Counted from the first letter of the stretch, positions 9,325 through 18,637 are shown. The stretch is 64,000 bases of DNA from Bacteroidales bacterium (GCA_014800735.1 JAAVFP010000051.1:10004-74003), one strand, 5' to 3'. The notes: generated by a model not told the origin, from the letters alone. Numbers and translations are program-made.

Positions 9325-10779
9325 TCACAAACTGAAATAGCCGCCGGTCTTTTTGGAACCTCGATATTCTACAATTTTAAGGTCAGTCAAGTGCTTCAGT
9401 GCCCTCATAATAGTACGTACACTCTTGCCAAACTCATTTGCCAACGCAACAGCACTGATGCCAGGTGATGATACAATACGATTGTATATCAATTTTTCAA
9501 TATCGTTTATCGTGCCATTTATCGTGTCATTTATCGTGTCATTTATCGTGTCATTTATCGTGTCATTTATCGTGTCATTCTTATGACCCGATAAATTAGG
9601 GCGCATAAAAGTCACCCGGACCACCCCTCCCTCATCGGTAACTTTCGGTTGTGGAAGCCCGGCGCGTTCACAGTCTTCGAATATCATTGACAGGCCTCTG
9701 CCCCAATGTTCGATTACACCGCTGTAATACATCACGCGGGCTATTGTCTCGTTGGGCGGTTCCGAAGTATGGGAGTCAAGGATATGTGAGCCGTACGTAA
9801 GTTTGTTTGCCGGTATGTCCTCCGGAAGCATTCCCGCATTTTCAATCTCTATGCGATCATCATATATGGCTACGCCAACCGACGCAGTTTTTCTCCAATC
9901 CATATGAGCCAAGGCATTGGCACAGCATTCACGCAGGGCCGTGATTGGCACTTCCAGTTCATCCTTACGATACATACCTTCCATTCGGCTTGTCACAGAA
10001 AGATGCTTCAGGAAGAATGGGGTGACTTCGTTAAGCAAATCGAAGATGTTTCCCTCAAACTGCTGATTGTCGATAAATACACGTTTGTCCTTGCCGCGGA
10101 AACGTGCAAGCCGGATTATGCAGTTTTGATAGTAAAAGAAATCTTTTCCAAAGAGTACTGCTGCAGCATTGTTGTATACCCCATTCCTAAGCACCTTGAA
10201 TTTTTCAAGAATAGCAATAGGGTCGCGGGTGTATGCTCCATCTTTCAAACGTCCTAACTCAAGAGCCTGCCGCATTGTCCAGTGAATGCGACTTTCATCA
10301 AGGTCCTCAAATTTCAGATGTTCGTTAGGCAAATTATCCCACTTGTATTTGAGGCCACCACGATGCATAATCATACGTGAATATTTATCGTGCGGCATTA
10401 CAGACGTAACACTGTCGTGGCGTTGATACGGCCTGCCGTCATATGAATATGGTCTGTCGGGATTATTCCCTTCCGCCTCAAACACAATCAGATGTTTGTC
10501 TGAATCATTCAGCTTGATGTACTTTTGCCGTATTTCCACCGAAGGTTCGAAGCGACGCAGGGCCTCGCCAATCATGCGTGTTGTCTTGTCACCAATATCC
10601 TGTCCTACAATCTTCCCGGAATTCTTAATACCGAAGATTACAATACCACCACTACTATTGAGCATTCCACACAAGGCCTCCATCCCTCGGTCAAGTTGAC
10701 CGGTGGATTCTTTGAACTCCACTTCAAGACCCTCTTTGTTTTCCGTCAAATTCTGTATGTAGTTTAAATCAATCTCCAT
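9325..10779 (-). CDS. AlbA_2 (Schlafen-like) domain + HATPase_c_4-like domain + C-terminal wHTH protein
   Basis: N-terminal EVEFKES...MLNSSGGIVIFGI; ALRECCANALAH, IEIENAG, IEHWGRGL; C-terminal YRGSKKTGGY wing; AT-richer than flanking genes. Confidence 0.85.
   Translation of the reverse strand: MEIDLNYIQNLTENKEGLEVEFKESTGQLDRGMEALCGMLNSSGGIVIFGIKNSGKIVGQDIGDKTTRMIGEALRRFEPSVEIRQKYIKLNDSDKHLIVFEAEGNNPDRPYSYDGRPYQRHDSVTSVMPHDKYSRMIMHRGGLKYKWDNLPNEHLKFEDLDESRIHWTMRQALELGRLKDGAYTRDPIAILEKFKVLRNGVYNNAAAVLFGKDFFYYQNCIIRLARFRGKDKRVFIDNQQFEGNIFDLLNEVTPFFLKHLSVTSRMEGMYRKDELEVPITALRECCANALAHMDWRKTASVGVAIYDDRIEIENAGMLPEDIPANKLTYGSHILDSHTSEPPNETIARVMYYSGVIEHWGRGLSMIFEDCERAGLPQPKVTDEGGVVRVTFMRPNLSGHKNDTINDTINDTINDTINDTINGTINDIEKLIYNRIVSSPGISAVALANEFGKSVRTIMRALKHLTDLKIVEYRGSKKTGGYFSL
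9505..9576. repeat. In-frame 12-bp tandem repeat (ATTTATCGTGTC x5 plus 1 degenerate copy) encoding NDTI repeats
   Basis: Direct reading; protein KNDTINDTINDTINDTINDTINGTIND. Confidence 0.95.
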
Positions 10780-10913
10780 AACTTCAGGGGTATTACAGAT
10801 GCAAAGTTACAAAAATTATTGAGGTACGCAAACTATTATTCCAGTTGAGTTCTCATGTTCTTAACCATCCAATTTTTGATTATATCAATGTAGCGGCACC
10901 TCTCCATCGATGT

Positions 10914-10998
10914 ATCGCACCTCCGGCGCTCTGATGTGTGGTGGCGATAACTGCGGGCTGACACCCGCAGCTGGGAATTATTTCGCCGCTTTGCGGCT
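10914..10998. repeat. REP-like composite of short palindromes
   Basis: cgcacctccggcgct, ctgcgggctgacacccgcag and cgccgctttgcggct clustered in the intergenic region. Confidence 0.45.
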
Positions 10999-11118
10999 AA
11001 TCATGCCTACTATCATGGGCTTACAGGCGATTTTTTATGCCTGATGGCGTGCGCTGTTCGGCTTTTTTGCATTATCTTTGCAGGGCGATATCATACTTAA
11101 TCTTATTTCTTTGTATCA

Positions 11119-13914
11119 ATGAAAAATTTCTACTTAGCTTTTTTGGCCTATGTGCTGGCGGCTGTTGTGCCGGCGGTGGCGCAGATTGTCACGTCGAGTC
11201 CGGCCCCGCTCCAGGAGTCGTCCACCGGAGTTGTGCTTACGTTCAACGCCGCTTCGTCGCTTTCCAACAAGGGCTTGTATAACCTGTCGGACGCTTCGGC
11301 GGTGTACGCTCACATCGGTGTGCTCACCAACAAGAGCACATCGACCGGCGACTGGCAGTATGTGGTGACACCCTGGCCTACGAGCGGCAACGACCAGGCG
11401 GCCAATACGGACAAAAACCGCCTGACCAAGGTGGATGCCAACACCTACACGCTGGCAATCGGCGATATCCGCGCCTACTTCGGCATCACTGACAGCAATG
11501 TGAAGGTGGAGAAGCTGGTGATGGTGTTCCGCACGGCCGACGGCAAACGTGAGTGCAAGACGGCCGACGGCGGCGATATAACACTCGACGTTGTGCCCGA
11601 GGGATTCGCCATGGATTTCACCCAGGATTTCGAGGGCACGACCATCAACGCCGACACCAAGGTGACCTACGTGCTTCAGACCACCCAGGCGGCTGACCTC
11701 GTGATCAGCGTGAACGGCACAAAGGTGGCCGAGAAGAGCAATGCCACGGAGCTCTCGGCGACCTACGATTTCACCACCCGCGGCATCTACAACATCGTGG
11801 CCACTGCCACGAAAGGCTCCGCGGTGCTGGAGCAGACTTTGCAGATGAACTACTCGCAGCCTTCGCCCGCGCAGGACTATCCCGGCGGCACACCGGTGAT
11901 GGGCACAGTGCGCAACGACGACGGCACCGTAACTTTCTGCCTGGCTGCCCCGGGCAAGACCACCGCCATGCTCATCGGTGCGTGGAACGATTACATGTAC
12001 TCCGAGGAAAGCCTGATGAAGTATCAGGACTACGAGGGCAACCGCTACTTCTGGACAACCGTGTCGGGGCTCAAGGATGATGTGTGGTACCCCTACTACT
12101 ACTGTGTGGACGATACCTACAACGTGGCCGACCCCTACGCACACCTGATTCTGGACTGCTGGAGCGACAAGTACGAACGCCCCGAGGTGTGGCCCGACCG
12201 TCCGCTGTACCCCTACGACCGCTTCAGCAATGTGATGATGGGTGTATACCGCGGCGACATCGATGACTACACTTTCAGCCCCTTCGAAATTCCCGACCAC
12301 GACAATCTGGTAATCTACGAAATGCTGTTCCGCGATTTTACGGGCGTGGAGGATGGCCTGGCAGGCGGAGTGGGCACCGTGCGCGCCGCCATCGATAAGA
12401 TTCCCTACATCAAGGACCTCGGTTTCAACGCCGTGGAGCTGATGCCCATCATGGAGTTCAACGGCACAAACTCGTGGGGCTACAACACCAATTTCTACTT
12501 TGCCCCCGACAAGTCCTACGGCTCGCCCACGGACTACAAGGACTTCATCGAGGCCTGCCACCGCGAAGGCATAGCCGTGATTCTCGATATCGTGTTCAAC
12601 CAGAGCGACGGCCTGCATCCCTGGTATCAGCTCTACCCCATTGCCTCCAATCCTTTCTACAATCAGACCGCGCCGCATGACTACAGTGTGCTCAACGACT
12701 GGAACCAGGACAACGCACTGGTGCAGCAGCAGTGGACGGATGCCCTGCGCTACTGGCTGACAGCCTACAATGTGGACGGCTTCCGCTTCGACCTGGTGAA
12801 AGGTCTGGGCGACAACAGCAGCTACAAAAACGGCACCGAGGCCTACAACCAGAGCCGTGTGGACCGCATGAAGCGCCTCCACAGTGTGATTACCTCCGTG
12901 AAGCCCAAGGGCATACATATCAACGAGGATCTGGCCGGTGCCAAGGAAGAAATTGAGCTGGGCAACGACGGCCAGCTGCAGTGGGCCAACGTGAACTGGA
13001 CTTCCTGCCAGTTTGCCATGGGATGGGACGACGGCGATAACGACTTGAGCCGCTTCCTGGCCACAGCCGACGGCGCCCGCCCCTGGGGCTCCACGGTGAG
13101 CTACGCCGAAAGTCACGACGAGCAGCGCGTGGGCTACAAGTGCGGCATGTGGGGCAACGGAGCCATCAAGACCGACCTTGGCACCATGTGCAGCCGCCTG
13201 GGCACCCTGGCAGTGCAGATGCTGATGACTCCCGGCCCGAAAATGGTGTGGATGTTCGGCGAACTGGGCGACCAGCAGAACGCCAAGAACGAGGACGACA
13301 GCAACAACACCGCCCCCAAGATGGTGGACTGGACCATGCTCAACGACCCCGACCGTGCTTATCTGCACGACACCTACCGCGCGGCTATCCAACTGCGCAT
13401 GCGTAACCCCGAACTTTTCGGCCGCGACGCCATCTTCTCGGCTCCGAGTCTTAAATCCAAATTCTCGGTGATGCGCAGCATGCGCCTGGCCACCGATGAC
13501 AAGGAAATCATCGTGTTCATCAACCCCGCCGTGAGCGGCGCGGCTAAAACAGTCAACGCCAGCTCCACCATCATCACCCCGGACAGCTACCAGCTGGCCT
13601 GGGCATCGCCCGGCTTCGAACCCGTGCTCACCGGCACCGGTAACAGCCTGAGCGTACAGGTGCCCGCTGGCTCCTATGCCATCTTCACCTCCGAAAGCAC
13701 CACCGGCACCGCCGTTATCGACCGTCCGTCCGGTGCCACAGCCATCGGAGGCACGGGCACTATCACCATTGCAGGAGTGTGCACAGCCCTGCAGGTGAGC
13801 GACCTTGCGGGCCGTGTAATCACCACCGACGCCACTGCACAGCGCATAACCGTTCCGGCCGGCATCTACCTCGTGACCCTCGACGGCCACACCACCAAAG
13901 TAGCCGTCCGCTAA
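11119..13914 (+). CDS. Secreted GH13 alpha-amylase-family glycosidase with T9SS-type C-terminal domain
   Basis: Signal peptide; ELMPIMEF, WGYNT, ILDIVFNQ, VDGFRFDLVK, ESHDE; ends GIYLVTLDGHTTKVAVR; TATCTTTG at 11073-11080. Confidence 0.9.
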   Translation: MKNFYLAFLAYVLAAVVPAVAQIVTSSPAPLQESSTGVVLTFNAASSLSNKGLYNLSDASAVYAHIGVLTNKSTSTGDWQYVVTPWPTSGNDQAANTDKNRLTKVDANTYTLAIGDIRAYFGITDSNVKVEKLVMVFRTADGKRECKTADGGDITLDVVPEGFAMDFTQDFEGTTINADTKVTYVLQTTQAADLVISVNGTKVAEKSNATELSATYDFTTRGIYNIVATATKGSAVLEQTLQMNYSQPSPAQDYPGGTPVMGTVRNDDGTVTFCLAAPGKTTAMLIGAWNDYMYSEESLMKYQDYEGNRYFWTTVSGLKDDVWYPYYYCVDDTYNVADPYAHLILDCWSDKYERPEVWPDRPLYPYDRFSNVMMGVYRGDIDDYTFSPFEIPDHDNLVIYEMLFRDFTGVEDGLAGGVGTVRAAIDKIPYIKDLGFNAVELMPIMEFNGTNSWGYNTNFYFAPDKSYGSPTDYKDFIEACHREGIAVILDIVFNQSDGLHPWYQLYPIASNPFYNQTAPHDYSVLNDWNQDNALVQQQWTDALRYWLTAYNVDGFRFDLVKGLGDNSSYKNGTEAYNQSRVDRMKRLHSVITSVKPKGIHINEDLAGAKEEIELGNDGQLQWANVNWTSCQFAMGWDDGDNDLSRFLATADGARPWGSTVSYAESHDEQRVGYKCGMWGNGAIKTDLGTMCSRLGTLAVQMLMTPGPKMVWMFGELGDQQNAKNEDDSNNTAPKMVDWTMLNDPDRAYLHDTYRAAIQLRMRNPELFGRDAIFSAPSLKSKFSVMRSMRLATDDKEIIVFINPAVSGAAKTVNASSTIITPDSYQLAWASPGFEPVLTGTGNSLSVQVPAGSYAIFTSESTTGTAVIDRPSGATAIGGTGTITIAGVCTALQVSDLAGRVITTDATAQRITVPAGIYLVTLDGHTTKVAVR

Positions 13915-13926
13915 AAATCAACATAC

Positions 13927-13987
13927 AAAAAATCCCGCGACGACCATGCTCTCTCTCAACGAGGGCCGGTCGCCGCGGGATTATTTT
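13927..13987. terminator. Bidirectional terminator between convergent genes
   Basis: aaaaaatcccgcgacgacc ... ggtcgccgcgggattatttt. Confidence 0.7.
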
Positions 13988-13996
13988 CATACCGCC

Positions 13997-15889
13997 TCAG
14001 CGTTTGCGGAAGGGTTTGCTGGTGCGATGGGGAGGGGCGGAGCCGAAGAGTTTGTTGATGAGGTCCGGCCGGCCGATGCGACGGAGGGTCTGGGTGATGT
14101 CGCGGCGATATTCGGGGTCGTACCAGAAGAAGAATTTGCGCTGCTCCTGCTTGGCCTCGGGCGTGGTAGCTGTGTAGACCTTCTCGCCGGTATAGGGGTG
14201 GTAGCCGGTGTAGTAGATTTCCGTGGCCAGGGTCATGGGTGTGGGTGTGAAGTCCTGCACCTGTTCCAGATGAAAATTCAAGTCCTTGGTTTCGGCGGCA
14301 AGCATGGCCATGTCCTCGGCCCGGCATCCGGGGTGCGACGAAATGAAGTAAGGAATGAGCTGCTGGCGCATGCCCGAGCGCGTGTTGATGCGGTCGAACA
14401 GCTGCTTGAACTCGTGAAACAGGCTGAACGATGGCTTGCGCATCACCGAGAGCACGGCGTCGGACGTATGCTCGGGTGCCACTTTCAGGCGGCCGCTCAC
14501 GTGGTCGGTAATCAGTTCCTCGTTGTAGCGGGCATTCGCGCGGTCCACATCGGGGTTGCCGGTGCGGTGCATGGATAGGTCATAGCGCACGCCGGAACCG
14601 ATGAAACTTTTCTTCACACCGGGCAGTGCGTCCACACGGTGGTAGATGTCGAGCAGCGGGCGGTGGTCAGTGTTCAGATTTTTGCACGGCGAGGGATGCA
14701 GGCACGAGGGGCGCAGGCATTTTTTGCACACTTCGCGGTCCTTGCCTCCCATGGCGTACATATTGGCCGACGGGCCGCCGAGGTCCGAGATATAACCCTT
14801 GAAATCGGGCATGCGTGTCACCTGGCGTGCCTCGCGCATGATGGACTCAGCCGAGCGCGAGGCGATGAATTTGCCCTGATGGGCCGAGATGGTGCAGAAC
14901 GCGCAGCCCCCGAAACAACCACGGTGCAGGTTCACCGAGTGGCGAATCATCTCGTAGGCCGGGATGGTCTTGCCGCGGTAGCGCGGATGGGGAAGGCGGG
15001 TGTAGGGGAGGTCAAACGCAGCGTCGATTTCGCCCTGCGTCATGGCCGGGAGCATGGGATTGGCACGCACCACGATGTTGCCAGTGGGCTGCCAGATGAT
15101 GGCACCGCCGTCGTAGCGGTTGCTCTGCTGCTCGATGTGCTTGAAGTTGGCTGCATGGGCCTTCTTATCGGTCAGGCAGTCCTCGAATGAAGTCAGGATA
15201 ATATTATCGGCATCAGCGGCTGGCATTTCGCTGCGCGGACGCAGAACCACGGTCTGCTCCAGGTCGGTGATGTCGGCAATCTTCTCGCCCGAGTCGAGGC
15301 GCTGGGCCAGACGCAGGATGCTGCGCTCACCCATGCCGTACATTAGCATATCGGCCTTGGAATCAACCAGAATCGACGGACGCAGGCGGTCCTGCCAGTA
15401 GTCGTAGTGCGCCAGGCGGCGGAGCGATGCCTCGATGCCGCCCACCACAATCGGAGTGTCCGGGAACAGCTCGCGGAGAATCTGCGAGTAGACAATCGTC
15501 GGGTAGTCGGGCCGGGCGCCGTGGCGGGCACCGGGAGTGTAGGCATCGTCGGAGCGGCGGCGGCGAGCGGCCGTGTAGTGGTTGACCATGGAATCCATGG
15601 CTCCGGGCGATATGCCGAAGAACAGACGCGGGGCGCCGAATTTGCGGAAGTCGCGCAAATCGTCCTGCCAGTTGGGTTGCGGCACTATTGCCACGCGATA
15701 GCCGGCGGCCTGGAGCGTACGGCCGATTACCGCCGCACCGAATGCCGGATGATCTACGTAGGCGTCACCCGAAAAGAGCACCACATCCACGCTGTCCCAG
15801 CCCATGGCTTTCATTTCCTTGACCGAAGTGGGCAACCAGTCGGTGGGCCTCAGGGCCGAGTAGTCAATTTCCTTAAGCTCTTTTTCCAT
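13997..15889 (-). CDS. ygiQ: YgiQ-family radical SAM protein (UPF0313)
   Basis: SGDAYVDHP, RGCFGGCAFC (CxxxCxxC), DLGGPSANMY, QVQDFTPTP; ATG overlaps the uvrB stop. Confidence 0.92.
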   Translation of the reverse strand: MEKELKEIDYSALRPTDWLPTSVKEMKAMGWDSVDVVLFSGDAYVDHPAFGAAVIGRTLQAAGYRVAIVPQPNWQDDLRDFRKFGAPRLFFGISPGAMDSMVNHYTAARRRRSDDAYTPGARHGARPDYPTIVYSQILRELFPDTPIVVGGIEASLRRLAHYDYWQDRLRPSILVDSKADMLMYGMGERSILRLAQRLDSGEKIADITDLEQTVVLRPRSEMPAADADNIILTSFEDCLTDKKAHAANFKHIEQQSNRYDGGAIIWQPTGNIVVRANPMLPAMTQGEIDAAFDLPYTRLPHPRYRGKTIPAYEMIRHSVNLHRGCFGGCAFCTISAHQGKFIASRSAESIMREARQVTRMPDFKGYISDLGGPSANMYAMGGKDREVCKKCLRPSCLHPSPCKNLNTDHRPLLDIYHRVDALPGVKKSFIGSGVRYDLSMHRTGNPDVDRANARYNEELITDHVSGRLKVAPEHTSDAVLSVMRKPSFSLFHEFKQLFDRINTRSGMRQQLIPYFISSHPGCRAEDMAMLAAETKDLNFHLEQVQDFTPTPMTLATEIYYTGYHPYTGEKVYTATTPEAKQEQRKFFFWYDPEYRRDITQTLRRIGRPDLINKLFGSAPPHRTSKPFRKR

Positions 15890-18003
15890 CACGCCTCCTT
15901 TTTGAGTTTTTCCAGGCGTAGTTCCATCTGGATGATTTCATCGCGCAGTTTGGCGGCGAGAATGAACTCCATGTCCTTGGCGGCTTTCACCATCTCGCCG
16001 CGCATGCGGTTGATTGAGCGCTGCAGTTCGTCGGGGTTCATATACTGCACCACCGGGTCGGCGGCAATGTCGACGCTGGTGGAGAATTCCTGTGCATAAG
16101 GCAGCGACGGCGCCTGGGCAGGCTTGCGCTCGCGGCGTTCGCGCTTGTCCTTGGCATTGGTCTGGCGCTTGGGCGAGTAGGACTGAGCGTCCATGTCCAC
16201 ATCCTCGCTTTCGAGGCCCACAATCATGTTGCGGGCCTTCACGATGGCCTGCGGCGTGATGCCGTGCTCCTCGTTGTAGGCCAGCTGGATGCTGCGGCGG
16301 CGCTCGGTTTCGTCCATGGTCTGCTGCATGGAGTCCGTAATCTTGTCGGCATACATTATCACCTCGCCGTTGAGGTTACGTGCAGCACGGCCCACGGTCT
16401 GGGTGAGCGAGCGGTGACTGCGCAGGAAACCCTCCTTGTCGGCATCCAGAATAGCCACCAGCGATACCTCGGGAAGGTCAAGGCCCTCGCGGAGCAGGTT
16501 CACGCCAATCAGCACATCATACTCGCCGGCGCGGAGACCGTCCAGAATCTTGATGCGGTCAAGGGTGTCAACGTCGGAGTGGATATATGCCGTCTTGATT
16601 TTCATTTTCAGGAAGTAGTCGTTGAGCTCCTCGGCCATGCGCTTGGTGAGCGTGGTGACCAGGGTGCGCTCGTCGCGTTCGATGCGCAGCTGGATTTCTT
16701 CCATCAGGTCGTCGATCTGGTTGGCCGACGGGCGCAGCGAAATGCGGGGGTCGAGCAATCCGGTCGGGCGGATAACCTGCTCGACGACAACGCCGTCGCA
16801 GCGCTCCAGCTCGTAGTCGGCGGGCGTGGCGCTCACATATATCACCTGGCCGGTCATAGCCTCAAATTCCTCGAACTTGAGCGGGCGGTTGTCCAGCGCC
16901 GCAGGCAGGCGGAAGCCGTAGTCCACCAGATTCTGCTTGCGGGAGCGGTCACCGCCAAACATTGCACGCACCTGGGGCACTGTCACATGGCTCTCGTCGA
17001 TAATCGTCAGGAAGTCCTTCGGGAAATAGTCCAGCAGACAGAAGGGTCGCTCGCCCTCGCGGCGACCGTCGAAGTAGCGCGAGTAGTTCTCGATGCCGGG
17101 GCAGTAGCCGAGCTCCTTAATCATCTCCACGTCGTAGGTCACACGCTCCTCGATGCGCTGGGCCTCGAACTCCTGGCCCTGGGTATTGAAAAATTCAATC
17201 TGCTTGCCGAGGTCCAACTGAATCTGCGCCACAGCTGCTGCCTGGCGGATAGGCGAGGTGACAAACAGGTTGGCCGGGTAGATGTTGAAACTGTCGTGAG
17301 TGCCCAGGTGTGCGTTGGTGTCAGGGTGAAAGGTCACCACCTGCTCGATTTCGTCACCCCAGAACACCACACGAACCACGATGTCCTCGTAGGCCAGGCG
17401 GATGTCCACCGTGTCGCCCTTCACGCGGAAGGTGCCGCGCGGAAATTCATTCTCATTGCGGCTGTAGAGAGCATTCACGAGTTTTCGGAGCAGGTCGTTG
17501 CGGGTTATGCGCTGGCCCTTCTTCACGCTCACCACATTTTCGTGGAAATCGTTGGGGTTGCCCATACCGTAGAGGCACGAAACGGACGAAACCACCACCA
17601 CGTCGCGGCGGCCCGATAGCAGTGCCGACACTGTGGCGAGGCGCAGACGCTCTATTTCGTCGTTGACCATCAGGTCCTTTTCAATATATTTATCCACCGA
17701 CGGGATGTAGGCCTCCGGCTGATAGTAGTCGTAGTACGACACGAAATACTGCACGGCGTTCTCGGGGAAGAACTGCTTGAATTCGCTGTAGAGCTGCGCC
17801 GCAAGGGTCTTGTTGTGGCTCAGAATCAGGGTAGGTTTCTTCACCTCCTGAATCACGTTGGCCATGGTGAAAGTCTTGCCCGAACCGGTCACGCCGAGCA
17901 GAGTCTGACTGTCCAGGCCCTGCCTCACGCCCTCGGCAAGCTGCCGGATAGCCTGAGGCTGGTCGCCCGTAGGCTTATATTGAGAGTGGAGAGTAAAATC
18001 CAT
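15889..18003 (-). CDS. uvrB: Excinuclease ABC subunit B
   Basis: [32 protein letters not shown]-terminal UVR domain. Confidence 0.98.
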   Translation of the reverse strand: MDFTLHSQYKPTGDQPQAIRQLAEGVRQGLDSQTLLGVTGSGKTFTMANVIQEVKKPTLILSHNKTLAAQLYSEFKQFFPENAVQYFVSYYDYYQPEAYIPSVDKYIEKDLMVNDEIERLRLATVSALLSGRRDVVVVSSVSCLYGMGNPNDFHENVVSVKKGQRITRNDLLRKLVNALYSRNENEFPRGTFRVKGDTVDIRLAYEDIVVRVVFWGDEIEQVVTFHPDTNAHLGTHDSFNIYPANLFVTSPIRQAAAVAQIQLDLGKQIEFFNTQGQEFEAQRIEERVTYDVEMIKELGYCPGIENYSRYFDGRREGERPFCLLDYFPKDFLTIIDESHVTVPQVRAMFGGDRSRKQNLVDYGFRLPAALDNRPLKFEEFEAMTGQVIYVSATPADYELERCDGVVVEQVIRPTGLLDPRISLRPSANQIDDLMEEIQLRIERDERTLVTTLTKRMAEELNDYFLKMKIKTAYIHSDVDTLDRIKILDGLRAGEYDVLIGVNLLREGLDLPEVSLVAILDADKEGFLRSHRSLTQTVGRAARNLNGEVIMYADKITDSMQQTMDETERRRSIQLAYNEEHGITPQAIVKARNMIVGLESEDVDMDAQSYSPKRQTNAKDKRERRERKPAQAPSLPYAQEFSTSVDIAADPVVQYMNPDELQRSINRMRGEMVKAAKDMEFILAAKLRDEIIQMELRLEKLKKEA

Positions 18004-18010
18004 GTTGTTA

Positions 18011-18080
18011 TTTAATACGGTTAATCGAGATAAATCACGGTTAAGCCTGATTAATCCCGATTAAACCTGGTTAATCCTAA
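18011..18080. repeat. Degenerate 10-bp-period array of 7 units (TTAA-nnnnGG/GA)
   Basis: tttaatacgg ttaatcgaga taaatcacgg ttaagcctga ttaatcccga ttaaacctgg ttaatcctaa. Confidence 0.8.
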
Positions 18081-18484
18081 TTCATATTTCTGGTGCCTTT
18101 GCAATTTGGGTAATCGCTGCAGCCCCAGAATTCGCGCCCTTGCATCTGCCCGCGCTTCTGCATTCTTTTCAGCATAGGCTTCCCGCAAACGGGGCAAATG
18201 GGAGCGCCTTCCTCGGATGCCTGAGCCTTGCGTGCCTCAAGCCGCTCGGTGGTCATATTCTCGGAGAAACCTCCGGTGTGCCTGAAGCACTCGAGCTGAC
18301 TTTGAATCTGGGTGGGTTTCTTCACCTCCTGAATCACGTTGGCCATGGTGAAAGTCTTGCCCGAGCCGGTCACGCCGAGCAGAGTCTGACTGTCCAGGCC
18401 CTGCCTCACGCCCTCGGCAAGTTGCCGGATAGCCTGAGGCTGGTCGCCCGTAGGCTTATATTGAGAGTGGAGAGTAAAATCCAT
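18077..18484 (-). pseudogene. Chimeric ORF: UvrB residues 1-59 fused to the C-terminal part of a four-helix-bundle-suffix/C4 Zn-ribbon protein
   Basis: N-terminus identical to UvrB; then [12 protein letters not shown] (suffix-domain-like) and CPVCGKPM...[10 protein letters not shown]; TATCTTTG promoter element at 18505-18512 (- strand). Confidence 0.8.
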
Positions 18485-18536
18485 AAAACAATGCTTTTAA
18501 CTTACAAAGATACAAAAAAATCACATACGATATACC

Positions 18537-18617
18537 ATATGCAGGACGCGCCTTTAGCTCGTAGGACCCAACTATTTGATAATCAAGCCTACGTGCCAAA
18601 GGCACGTCCCTACATAT
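18537..18617. repeat. Inverted REP doublet (REPIN-like, GTAG type) downstream of ftsH
   Basis: ggacgcgcctttagctcgtagg ... cctacgtgccaaaggcacgtcc; the right arm reads GTAGGG-ACGTGCC-TTT-GGCACGT on the - strand. Confidence 0.65.
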
Positions 18618-18637
18618 TTGTTTATGGTGACCGAGGA

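Larger units (their letters stand above)
17823..18484. repeat. 181-bp direct repeat (17823-18003 and 18304-18484) of the uvrB 5' end
   Basis: Manual alignment, offset 481 nt, 4 mismatches. Confidence 0.95.

Noticed and set aside
18011-18080. Possible CRISPR or iteron array
   Set aside because: Units are only 10 bp, degenerate and lack spacers; no cas or rep gene
17823-18484. DGR template/variable repeat pair (considered because of the Avd-like family link) or prophage att duplication
   Set aside because: No reverse transcriptase or integrase in the window; mismatches are synonymous and not adenine-specific
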